A stretch of 64,000 nucleotides of DNA. It comes from Psammoneis japonica (lineage: Eukaryota). Within the stretch, counting starts at the first letter, position 1; each line of letters opens with the position of its first letter. The stretch is from the NCBI GenBank assembly GCA_008632985.1, contig QPGO01000057.1:124001-188000 (forward strand). Reading direction: 5' to 3'. Below, piece by piece: positions 40,601 to 52,245 of the stretch. The notes under the pieces are model-generated. The model ran no database searches and was not told the DNA's origin. It saw only the letters and a program-made list of their open reading frames with translations. Position numbers and translations under genes: made by a program.

Positions 40601-41823
40601 TCTAGCGTGCGGCCCAGGGGGGGCACCTTCTCTGCTTGGGGATCAACATCCCCAAGTCAAAGGCATGGGATGGGGCTCCCGGCTCCGGTGGCGGATTACG
40701 CCATGAAACGGTGGAAACGCACTCTGCCATTGTGGCTGCTGCGGTGTGGTGGTGGCCCCAAATTCGAAGGAAGAATCGGATGAGTCGTCGCGTTTGTTTG
40801 CGCGCCGCCACACATCACGTGCACATCATCACCGCACCTATTATGTACCTCTCGGCATTCACCATGAGCATGTGCTGAATGAAGTAGCGGCTGCAACCAA
40901 GACAACATAACATCCGCAACAAGTCATGGCACCACAAAATCACGGCACATGTGCCCAAGGAATACCCGTAATACCCGTAAACAAGAAGCGTTCTTCAGCC
41001 AGGTTATTAGCACTAGAAGCTAAGCGAGAAGGTATCAAGTCTGCAACAACAACACGCAACACTTACAAGAGCAAGTTTCTTGATTTCGGAATTCTTCCGA
41101 GTGAATGATATAAAATCAAATCGAGTTGTACTGAACAAGTTCCGTGGGGTTATATTTGTGGATATCCAACGAAGAACGGGGACTTGTATGGTGGTGGTCA
41201 CTACATAGAATCGGCAGGCAGTGACACACTTCAAGGCCGAGCGATTGTGCAAGCCACTCTGAAATTTGCTTCTCCCGGTAAACGTACACTTGATTTTACG
41301 CCGTGTAAAAAGGGCTCTGTGCCATATAAGAATGGTAATCGCATGTATGCGTGTCCCTTGCATCATGCTAAACGTTTTGAACGGGTACAACGACACGGGT
41401 ATCGTGACGGTGAAGTCGAGCTGGAGCCCTTTTGGAACAAGTACGAAGCAACTCTAGAGTGTAAGGATAGTTTGGAGGACAATTCACTAAAAAAAGCAGA
41501 ATCAATGAGTCCTTGTGTCCATAAGAAACAAAAAAAGATAAGGTAAGGAAACTGTGAACCAGTTGGAAATGATGAATCGGTCTTTTTCCTTCGTGAACCG
41601 TGAATGACATGTGATCGAGACCGGCGAGTTGTCGGCAGCGATTTGGCATTGAACAAAACGGCCATGTTTTGAAATGGGCTTATTTCATAGTTTTGAACTT
41701 CTAGTAGAGGAGCAATCAACTCAGAACAAATGCTACGCAAGCACAGTAGAAGGTACAAGCGAAGGCAAGGCGACAACAGAGCAACTCGGGTTGCCGTCGG
41801 CTTTATTTTTTGCGACACAGATC

Positions 41824-42955
41824 TCATTCGACGTCAGGACTAGAATCGATCTAAATACAAAAAGACTCATGATGGATGGACAAGGTATTATGTGGATGAA
41901 GCCTCTAGCGATAGGTATGGTTATTGGCGATGACAAGATTGTACAAGGACAAGCTCGCCAACCGCACTGGCTGCAACGCGTGTCAAGCTACGGCACACGT
42001 GTTATTTGCTACAGTTACGATTCGTCCATCAACATTACTACTCTTGACATATGCAGTAAATTGCTGTGCGAGAATGAGAACGACAAACGCAACAGGTAAG
42101 ATTAAACAGAGATCCAGGTCGAAATGACCTTCGACATCCCTTCCCTGAATGCTTTGTTCTCTCAACTACACCCCTCGTTGCTCTGTGTCAGACGCCAACT
42201 CGATCCGGCGAAACATCTTGGACTGTTTTGCAGCATGCTCCAATAAAGCAATTGCACAGCGTGCTCTTTGGATTAAGAGCGGAGCATTTGTCGGCTGCAT
42301 GGACATCCTTGAGGACTGGCTTGTGTATAGCTACTATGGATTTGGGCAGAAGCAAGGTACTTTAAGTACGTCGAAGAGCCTGTGGACGAGAATAGCGCAA
42401 CACTCTCTACTTGACGGCACCACCAAATGAAGTTTTCGGAGATATTGTTCTCAGCTTAGTTGTAACAAAGCTGCTCCATTCTCTCAATCTGGGTGACTGT
42501 AGTGAGCTCGGAACTCAATATCATTGGCAGCGACGTGTCCTTGTATGCAGGAGCCTTGATTTCAGCGACTCGATGAAGCTTCCTTGAACATTCGGCTTGA
42601 CCGAAACTTGACGAGCTTGTCATCTTGGAAACAACATGGGACAAACGCAACTAGTATTCATGTTAAATTCTTTCCGCTTTCGAACACTAGCTTAGACAAT
42701 CTGATGACACAAGATGGGAATACCAAAACATTCAGCCGGCACTACCGCGTTGGCCAATATCAATTAGCTAAGTAAGGCAGCAAAAGTCGAAAGCAATCCG
42801 TTTTTATTGTTCTTGTAATACGGATGTTATTCGATGTCAGGACTAGAATTGTTCTAAATACACAATACTCATGATGGATAGGCCAGGCATTACAGTATGC
42901 GGATGAAGCCTCAAGTAATACAGTAGTAATAGTTTTGGTGATTGGACAAGGACCT
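41824..42955 (+). repeat. Diverged ~130-bp direct repeat (about 41824-41950 and 42828-42955)
   Basis: TTCGA(C/T)GTCAGGACTAGAAT...CTAAATACA...ACTCATGATGGAT...GGATGAAGCCTC...ACAAGGAC in both copies. Confidence 0.85.
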
Positions 42956-43635
42956 ATTTGACCGAAAGACCACTTCAACAAGCAACTTCTATACATTTAT
43001 TCTAGACGCCACGGACTGCTTTCCTTCGTTTACTACCATAGGGAGGAGCCGCTATCCTTCCTGGAGCATAAACAAAGCCATTCCGTGACGCCAATACTTA
43101 CCTAACTATTTCCATTCTTCCACAATTCATTCTCCGCGTCCGAAATAAGTAAGGGTTTGGTTCATTGACTACCGCGGGTCTTGAGCAAATACAGAGTCGC
43201 CATTTCGCATTGAAGCACCAATCATGCCTGGTACACATTTTGTTCCGGAAAACCTAAGTCGCGGGGCGGGACCCACTGTTACTTGAACCTTAGTACTTCA
43301 ATAAAGACTGACTGCCGCATCGTTTCAAGTCGGGTGGTCGAACCGGGTAAAGGGTGTATTTTTATGTTGACAAAATGACAATGAAAAGCAACGTCAGTAA
43401 AGATATCTCGAATGAAAAGAAAAATAGACACGAAATTGACTTACGTTGGGGGTGCATTCGAATGTAACGTAACACAACGAACGCACCCCATGGTATTGTG
43501 AATTGCACGACAAACTCGTGCAATGTTGGCGAGTCTTTGATGCGCACAAAAGCTGCATTGTACCACGAAACGGAAACGAGAGATGCCCCCATGCATGCTC
43601 GATTTCCATAGGTACAAAACAAGCAGTCAATGAGT

Positions 43636-45549
43636 CTAGCGGCGACTCATGATCCTTGCAGATCTACGCACGACACGCCCAGTATTAGACGAAAGAAAGA
43701 CACTACCCGTTGCTACACCGAGCCTAGGCGAGCGTCTCAAAGGGACAGGTTGGGTTTGTTTCTCCTCGTTTCTCACAAGTACAGCATCAGGAACAACATC
43801 CTCCTCTGCTCCTGGATCATTGTCAGCAGCCATATCCTGAACGATGACAGTATCGTCAGGTTCCTCGGCTACAACTCCAAGAACGACTTCCTCATCGTCG
43901 TATGCAGCAATAGCAGGATCGTCCATGGCTTCAGCAACAGCAGGTTCCTCAATGACAGGAGTGGGAATGATTGCCTCTCCATCGATTGTTGCATTATCCA
44001 CATCCACTGCAGGATCGTCCAAGGCTTCAACGACAGGTTCCTCTACAACAGAAACAGGTACGCCCACCTCCGCATCGTCTGGTGCATCGTCAACAGTCAC
44101 AGCAGGCTCGTTCAAGGCTTCCCAAGGCTCTTCAACAACATCAGGAACTGCTTCCTCCACAGCATTTAGATTGTTGTCCGTATCCTCAGCCGGTTCCATA
44201 TCCAAAATATCCGAGGCATCGTCAGCAATGGGGCTGTTGTCCGTAGCCTCAGCGGGTCCAATGGCCGCTGGAGTCCGTACCCAGCCACGCCAGTGATCAC
44301 ACGAAAGATCAGAGTCCCAGTGACGAATACTTTCTTCTTCACCCGCATCAAATTCAAGCATCGCCACAGCCAACTGCTCATCATTCAACACGGGTATCAC
44401 ACGGGTGTAACGTGCGCGTCGAAGAACGCGTTTGGCAGGCACACCGGTTGGGACTGGAGGAATGTCACCAACGTGAAAGTCTTGAGTCATCACTCCGTCG
44501 GGTTTCCAACTGACATGCCTTTCTACTGGATCAGCAAGAGCCTCGGCCGGTTCCATGGCCGCTGGAGTCCGCACCCAGCCACGCCAGTGATCATATCTTG
44601 GATGCGCACGATACTCACGAATGTATCGGTCTTGTTTCCGGTCAAACTCAACCAGCACTGCAGCCAATCTCTGATCATCCAATACGGGTATCATCCGGGT
44701 GTAGCGAGGGACTCGAAGAATTCTTGGAGCAGTCACGCCGGTTGGATTGGGAGGAGCGTCACCAACGTAACGGTTCTTAAGCATCATTCGGTCCGGTTTC
44801 CATTTGATGCGCCCATGTCCAACTAGTTTGCGCTTCAACAGCAGCAGCCACGGGAATAGAAACCGCAAAGGAACGTAGATGAAGTAGAAGAACCAATACA
44901 CGGTCCATACAACAAATGCAACCGCAAGAATAGCCGCAACAGCATCGCACACTCGATCCCAAAGAAGCGTGGCGAGGTCGTCAATTTCGATAATATGGCG
45001 GTACAAGAAATGGACCTTATCACCATTCATCTTCAATGAGGAGTGTACGAATATCCCAGCATATAAGGCGAGAAGAACTTCACAGATCGCAACGACAAAG
45101 GGCACGAGAGCGTGAATCGTGCAGCGAATCATCTTGTCCCACGCTTCCCGAAGAAAACCGCCAACGATTCGGCCGTGGTTCTGCTTACCGTGAAATGCGC
45201 GTAGCATGAGGTTGATAAAGAGAATGAGTAGTGCAATGTATGCAATCATAATGGGGGTGATAGTATCAATAAAGATAGATTGGTAATAACCGAGTGTTGT
45301 TTCAACAAAACTTGAAATTGTGCGGTGAGCGAGACGTGAGATAGACGTGGCTCGTTGTTGCGGCTGCGTCACATTCGTGAATGCGTAGAAACTGTACTGG
45401 TGAATCCCGTAGAAAAGCCGACAGTCAGTCACGCTTTTCAAGTTTTGACGGGATGTCGCGGCACGTTTGCATTCGGTTCCTCGTAGGCTCTTGAGCAGGT
45501 GATAACAGATGCCGATGCTGATGCTGGACATAGCCATAATGAATAGCAT
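43636..45549 (-). CDS. Hypothetical membrane protein with a 98-aa tandem repeat, acidic region and LRRSPRL...RRSAR tail
   Basis: 637-codon ORF. Two copies of WKPD...YTR.IPVL...DHWRGWVRTPAA spaced 294 bp. True start may be downstream. Confidence 0.65.
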   Translation of the reverse strand: MLFIMAMSSISIGICYHLLKSLRGTECKRAATSRQNLKSVTDCRLFYGIHQYSFYAFTNVTQPQQRATSISRLAHRTISSFVETTLGYYQSIFIDTITPIMIAYIALLILFINLMLRAFHGKQNHGRIVGGFLREAWDKMIRCTIHALVPFVVAICEVLLALYAGIFVHSSLKMNGDKVHFLYRHIIEIDDLATLLWDRVCDAVAAILAVAFVVWTVYWFFYFIYVPLRFLFPWLLLLKRKLVGHGRIKWKPDRMMLKNRYVGDAPPNPTGVTAPRILRVPRYTRMIPVLDDQRLAAVLVEFDRKQDRYIREYRAHPRYDHWRGWVRTPAAMEPAEALADPVERHVSWKPDGVMTQDFHVGDIPPVPTGVPAKRVLRRARYTRVIPVLNDEQLAVAMLEFDAGEEESIRHWDSDLSCDHWRGWVRTPAAIGPAEATDNSPIADDASDILDMEPAEDTDNNLNAVEEAVPDVVEEPWEALNEPAVTVDDAPDDAEVGVPVSVVEEPVVEALDDPAVDVDNATIDGEAIIPTPVIEEPAVAEAMDDPAIAAYDDEEVVLGVVAEEPDDTVIVQDMAADNDPGAEEDVVPDAVLVRNEEKQTQPVPLRRSPRLGVATGSVFLSSNTGRVVRRSARIMSRR

Positions 45550-46221
45550 CTATTTTATGGCTATTCTGTACAATGAAATTCAGTGTTGCTTCGACAGAGC
45601 ACACTCCACTTGCTGCGCATGAAACATTCGAACGCACTTTCCCACGTCACACACTGGCACCAGACATTGCGGGCCAGTTTTTGGCCAGGACAATGAAGCA
45701 GAGCAAAACAAGACATCTTGGCATTGATAGAACCACAAGTTCTCAGAATCACCATTCAGCAATTCATCTTGTTTCAATTTGCTGGGAAAGCCATTTGGTG
45801 GATGGCGACAAGGGCTTCCACTGCGAACCCCGAAGCATGCCCCGTTTAGATGCGCCGCCAGCAGCAGAGTGACAACAACCGTACAATGGCTCACAAGTAA
45901 AAACAGTGCCATTAAAATGCAACTGACATCTGAAGAGAGTGTAAGACTCAGGTGATGTTTGCAATGGCAGACATGCAGTTCTTGCGCCTCTCATCAAACG
46001 GGTGGGGATCACGCACCCAAAGCATGGTCGACACCCCAATGCTTCACAACGCCACGGTGCATGGCGGCAAAAGGTCACTCAAAGTAGACTCAAGCTCCAG
46101 CGTCTTTGTGTGCATGGCAAAACTTTCTTTGAAACAGCCCCTCTGTCTCGAACGTTGTTTCCGGTCAAGATTGTCCTGGCCGATTCCGACATCCGGATGT
46201 GAGGTGGAACAAGCTTGTTGC

Positions 46222-47345
46222 TGACACGTCTCTCTTCCTCCATAAAATTAAACAGCGGTGGAAGGGCTTCTCCCCAGGGAAGACGGGTGCCTTCCAATCA
46301 AAGCTTGTCAAAAAGGCGTGAGCACACCCTTCAAGAGGCTTGATGCGATTGTCCAGAGTGTGCGCCAGAGTGGATGCTGTGCATTCCATTGCTTCTTCCG
46401 GCATCCTGTTTCGAAATGCCTTTTCCCACACTGACATCCCTTTGTCTGGGGAAACTTGAATTCAATGTAGTTGGAATTCATCGAGCTGATCTCCTTGCAT
46501 GTTTGGGGTTCCTAGAACCTTGATGATCTCTGCAAGCTGGTCGACACCCGAGTGGCCAGTGGGAAATGGAGTTGTCCCAGCAGCAGCTCCACTCCAACAC
46601 ACCCCTCCGACCAAATGTCAATGGCGGTGGTGCACTCTGTCGACCCGAAAATGAGTTCGGGTGCACGGCAGCATCTCAAGCAAATGTGTGATGCATTGGG
46701 TTCCCCACGAACAAGCCTCTTTGCACTCCCAAAGTCACACAGCTTTTAAGCTGCTGGTTTCTTGGGTCACCAGCAAATTCTGCAGCTTGATGTTGCGGTG
46801 GCAAATCCCCAAAGAGAGGACATGTGCCAGCGCTCGGGAGAGCTGGTGCAGGCAGAGCTTGACACACAAAGCAACGGGAGAGTGGCTTCTTGGATCTCTG
46901 ATGGGTCCACCCAACTGAGTGCACAGTTTCAGGGACATGCTCCAAAACCAGATTGAGGCACAGCTCATTGGGTTTTTGCCCTGCAAACGAAGAAGTCCAA
47001 CCGCGTGACTTCAGCGCTGCACACAAGAACAAACATGCCGCCACTTTTGCAAATCGAACAAAATCAACAAATCAACACAGGGCCCTGCGTGAAAGTAAAA
47101 GCAGTGCTTGAGTGCAACAATGTTGGAACGGGGATCCACAACAAGTTGACGCATGATCTGCAGCTCTCTGTTCTTGAAGCGCTTGTCATGAAGCACCTTT
47201 TCAATGGCGACAACATCTCCTGTTTCAACAACAGCCACTTGAAACACCACACCGAAGGACCCATTCCGACAACTCTTTCAGTTGAATGTGAAATCTGTTG
47301 CTCTCCCCCAGCCGCTTTCAAAGAAACAATTGATTTTGCTCGAGT
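46222..47345 (-). pseudogene. GSK3: GSK3/shaggy-like kinase pseudogene
   Basis: [85 protein letters not shown]. Frameshifted. Confidence 0.93.
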
Positions 47346-47940
47346 GGCACCATTGGACCTCACACAGTGTGACTGATTCTTCTCCTGAAATTTTGCTTGA
47401 TGCATCATTTTGGAGATGCAGTCACATGCCACACCAACGAGACAAAAGAGCACTCGCTTTTTCAACTTGTTCTTGTTGCTCTTTTTCTCCATCTGCAATG
47501 CTGGACCACTTGTTGCTTCAGCTGCAAGCACCTTGCAGTTTTGCATCTCGGATCGTTTCCATGCCCATTGTCTGGATGCAGGTGTGAGACTGGAGAGCTC
47601 TCTTGCTCAAGTGGCATGGCATGTGGCATGTGGCATGGGCTTGCCATCATTGCGTTGTTTTTTGTGTGTTTTTGTGGTGGGGGAACTGCCTCTGCCGGCA
47701 CCATGCCGTCACACCCAAAATTCCACCCAAGTGGCAAAAAAAAAGTTTTCTGCTGGAAAGTGGAACTCTCGCATGCAGAAATGTCAATGCGGAGACAGCA
47801 TCTTCTAAAGAATTCTGCCGCACTGTGCATCCACTGTTTGTTCCACTCAGGTGCAGTGGAAGGCACAGCAGAATTTTCGGAGCCAAAAATTCTGCCCTGC
47901 GCGTGCAGTGTGCATGCAGACAAAAGGTCATTTTTGTCAT

Positions 47941-48308
47941 GCCCTTTGTGACATTTAAAGGCTGCAACACGTCGCCGTGATGCGCTGGCTCTTGTTGGTG
48001 GCTGTGTGTTGCACTCCTCCCCATGTGTCACACGTCCATGCGGCTCTTTACTGGCACACACTGACACTGCACGGTTTTGGCGGAACAGTGTGGGTACGTG
48101 CAAAGGAACACACAGAACTGCACAGAGTTTTGCGCGTTCGACAGTGATCAATGTTGCTGCAGACAACTCCCACTCAGGGTTTCGAACCCCTGGCCTCCTG
48201 CCTGATGGTTGCGATGAACCACTCCGCTGTGAACGCCCTTTGTGACATTTAAAGGCTGCAACACGTCGCCGTGATGCATTGACTCTCGTCAGCAGCTGTG
48301 TGTTGCAC
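47941..48308 (+). repeat. 74-bp direct repeat (47941-48014 and 48235-48308)
   Basis: GCCCTTTGTGACATTTAAAGGCTGCAACACGTCGCCGTGATGC identical in both copies. Confidence 0.9.
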
Positions 48309-49007
48309 GCACCCCTTTCGCGCGATCTAAACCATCTGTCCTTGGTGAGGTCGGGTGCGACGGCAGGAACAAAAAAAATGCTCGAAAGTTCTGCTCGTCT
48401 CAATGCGGCATCTCAACCATGAGCGTTGCCGCGTGCAACCCCAGCAACTGCACCAATGCCAACTGCATCTGTGGTGGCATGGCAGTCAGCACTCACAGGC
48501 GTCCTGAGTGCAGCAGAAACCTTCACACTTCTTGTGGGAAAGCAGACGAACGACTTGCACTGCTTTCAACTTTGACAAGCTCCAAAGCACCCACTTGAGA
48601 TTGCTGTTGTGAGTTTCATGTTTAAATGGCACTGAACAGTTGCGTTGGCCTAAGAAACAATCAGCACCTTGCTGCACTTCCACCAGCTTGACAAGAAAAC
48701 AAGCTGCTCCCCAGCACGGAAGGCACGACCAAGGGTTGCTTGATCTTAAAACAGATTGTTCCGCATCCTTGGCTTGAGACACATTTTTTAACAACTGTTT
48801 GGTCCACAATGATCTTGGCACTTTTGCTGCCATGGGTGCTGAGTGGACCTGCGAGGGACAATGAGACTGGAGAAACAGTGAGGAACAAACTCTGCCACAC
48901 TCGACAATCATCAAACGCCCAAAACATGAGATGTGCACAACAAACAAACATTTCCATCACACATTTGACACCATCATTGGCAATTTTTTTTGTTCTCACC
49001 TTTGCAG

Positions 49008-49201
49008 TGTCAGCCCACCTGCACATGTCGTGTGATGGACAGACTGTGCATGGATGATGACCGGACCATCTAGATTGACGAGCAGATCTCTCTGAGATCT
49101 GCTTCTCACTTTCTCATCTGCCAGTGCTCATGTTGTCACAGTCCTGGCACTTCAGGGAGTCTTTCACACCTCTGTCATCATTGACCTTCGGCACTCTGTC
49201 A
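49008..49201 (+). repeat. 5' LTR
   Basis: Gap-free alignment with 55374-55567. Confidence 0.95.
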
Positions 49202-51480
49202 GGTTGTGGCCTTGTGCTGTGCCACAGACCTCTGTGCCAAGCTTTCCGTTTTGATTCATTTGTTTTGTGAGCCGATCGAGCAAGCCTCATCTCTTGTTCC
49301 CGGAAGGATTTTTATCTCGCTTTCCCGGCATTTTTCACGCTCATAGAAACACACCAGATTTCTGCACGTGCATGACCAAAAATGTTTTCACGAAGTAAAA
49401 CCATGGCGTCTCCCGACCTTGCAAAGGCCGCTCCCAAGTCTGTCACAGAGATCTGTCATGAGTTCCAATGACAGGATTTGAACAGGATTTGGGTGCGCGC
49501 GACATGTCGCGCGCTGTTTAGTTTACCGCGCACAGTTTTGTGTGCTTCAGTTTTGCGCGTTCGTGCGCGATGCAGTTTGCTTTCGAGCCACAAGGCTCAC
49601 AAGAACAATGACAGCAGCCCGATTGTGCCGACTTGCACGTCTTTCGTCTCTGAGTGGAGACTCATCTGCTGTTTAGACAGCAGCAAGGAGTCATTGTTTG
49701 AATTCTTGCCATTTGCTTTCAATTTCTGTCAGATTGACAGTCTTGCTCATTGTCAACCCATTGAGCAACCGCCATTGTCGTCGTTGATTTACCGACGACG
49801 CTGTTCCATTCTGTGTGGACCTCCGTGTGTGCTCTACGTACATCGGCAAGTCTGCGCGCATTCAATGCCAGGCATCGGCAGGAAGTTAACGTCGCCGTCA
49901 AGTCTCCTTGCCGCTGGATGTCTGGATTGATTGTGCTGCCTTTTGTCGCTGAAGACACACATTCAACGGTCATGTCCAAGTCCATCCTTGATCCTCATCC
50001 CTTGACACACCCATTCAACGGTTAACGGTCAAGAACCCCACACATTCAAGGATCTTCGTTGCTGAAGACATGCACATGTGCACATCTTCACGGCCAAGGA
50101 CTTGAACCCACTCTTTGGACTGCGGCTTTGCCACCACTCTACAAGCACACCAAGTCTGTTGCACCTGATCTACCCCGGACCACTGGTGCTCTGCAGTTCC
50201 ACCAGGTCCACGAGGACGACTGTGAGAGCAAGCAGCCATGATTGCAGCCCACGTTGGGGCAAGGGTGTTTTCCCGCGTTTGTTCGTTCGTCCACAGCACC
50301 TGACGCCTGCGTCAACTGGCCAGCCTGATCGAGAAATCCAACCGATGTAAAACAAGAACGGTTCAGGGGTCTTGTCCACCTCTGGTCAGCTCACCTGCAG
50401 GGGTTTGCAACCCGCTGCTCTGCTCGCAAGCAACCCAAAGCGCCACCAGCTGCGGGTTCGGACGTGCCGGCACAACTCTGTGGACCGGACAGGAAGTTTA
50501 GCACTTGACAACAAATGGGACAGCACACCCCGGCGACTTCTGATTTTTTAGGATGGTTCAAGATTTCAAGTCAAGTCCATTTCAAGCCAAGTTCCAAGTC
50601 AAAACTCTGAGTCAAGATCATGCTCTAGATTGGCTCCTGTCTTTTGTTTCTACTGCACCGTCCTCCGTCATGGTTCTCACGCGACAGCAACAAACCGAAA
50701 GCTTCAAATGCATTCTAGGCACTGTGCTCAATCAAGACAATGACAGCCCTCTTTGTTCTGCCCTGTCCATCAATGGGATTGAATCGTGTGAGGAATTGTT
50801 CACGTTCTCACCCACCCAAATTGATGCCCTCACTTGCAGAGACGGCGCCAATGCAGTGCCTTTGCCACGGACCCACAGAAACCTCCTAGCAGCTTTGATC
50901 AGCTTCTGCTTTGTCAAAGTTTGCAACGGTGATGATGTGACCAATGAACCCCAGTTGCTCACACCCGACGAATTTCGCAACTGCCGCCTTGGTCCGGACT
51001 GCTTGACCTCTCTAGCCACTGGCGCAGCACCCTCTGCACCTGTGCCGAGTCCCTTGCCATCCAAACCAGGTGAACCCAGTGCCATTTTGACACCAGCCTT
51101 GCACTGTGCCGAAACTCAGGTGTCCCCTAGAAGTGGTGTCAGCCGCGCCCCGCATGTCTTGACCAACCCGCCTGCAAGCAACCTCGGCCCAGTGCAGGAT
51201 TGCAGCCCTTGCGCAGGCCCGCACTTCAAGACCAGTTGGGACACTCCACCCATGGCTTCCAAAGCTGCAGTCTTTGCACCCCGCAAACCATGTGCTGCCA
51301 ACCTCCACATGTTGACCGCTGTCACCCTTCACAGTCTTCGTTTGGGAAGTGATGGAGATGACAACTTGCTTCTCGCATCTCCTGATGGGGAGCCTCCTTT
51401 TCCCGTCATTGAATCTGTTCACAACAGTTCAACCGGTTCATCAGATGGGGAGTTCAGGACATCCAAGCAGCTTCGTTGTC

Positions 51481-52245
51481 TTTGGATCCTCCAAGCATCG
51501 CACCACGAGACGAGGCCTCCTGATCGGATGCCTCAAGTCTCGCACCTCAAGACTGGGCCTCCTGATTGGATGCCTCAAGTCTCGTGCCTCAAGACTGGGC
51601 CTCCTGGTTGGATCCTCCAAGTCTCGCACCTCGAGACTGGGCCTCCTGATTGGATGCCCCAAGTCTTGTACCTCGAGACCAGGTCTCCTGATTGGATGTC
51701 CCAAGTGTCGCACCTCGAGACCAGGCCTCCTGATTGGATGCCTCAAGTCTCGTGCCTCGAGACTGGGCCTCCTGGTTGGATCCCCCAAGTCTCGTACCTC
51801 GAGACCAGGCCTCCTGATCAGATGCCTCAAGTCTCGTACATCGAGACTGGGCCTCCTGATCGGATGCCCCAAGTCTTGTGCCTTGAGACCAGGCCTCCCA
51901 ACTGGACTCTCCACGTCTCGTGCCTCGAGACCAGGCCTCCCAATTGGATCCTCCACGTCTCGCACCTCAAGACTCGGCCTCCGGATTGGATCCCTCAATT
52001 CTTGCGCCACGAGACCCGGCCTCCTGATTGGATCCCCCAAGTCTCGCACCTCAAGACTTGGCCTCCTGATTGGATCCCCGAAGACTCGTGTCACAAGACT
52101 GGCAAGTCCTTTTGGATCCCAGAAGTCTTGCAGCACGGGACTGGTTGCCCCAATCAGACATCTGCAGCCCTGCATCACAAGATGTCTTGCTCCAATCCGA
52201 TCCCTGAAGGCTTGCACCTTGAGACTCGTTTCTCCAATTGGATCA
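51481..52245 (+). repeat. 42-bp tandem array, about 18 units, inside the LTR element
   Basis: Unit reads ET(G/R)PPD(W/R)MPQVS(Y/H/C)L. Confidence 0.97.

Larger units (their letters stand above)
32230..40820. other. TpA/CpG-depleted domain D
   Basis: About five TA in 36250-40605 by eye. Abrupt return to normal composition near 40840. Confidence 0.9.

Noticed and set aside
51481..52245. CRISPR-like periodicity
   Set aside because: Head-to-tail 42-bp units with no unique spacers, in a eukaryotic LTR element with no cas genes.
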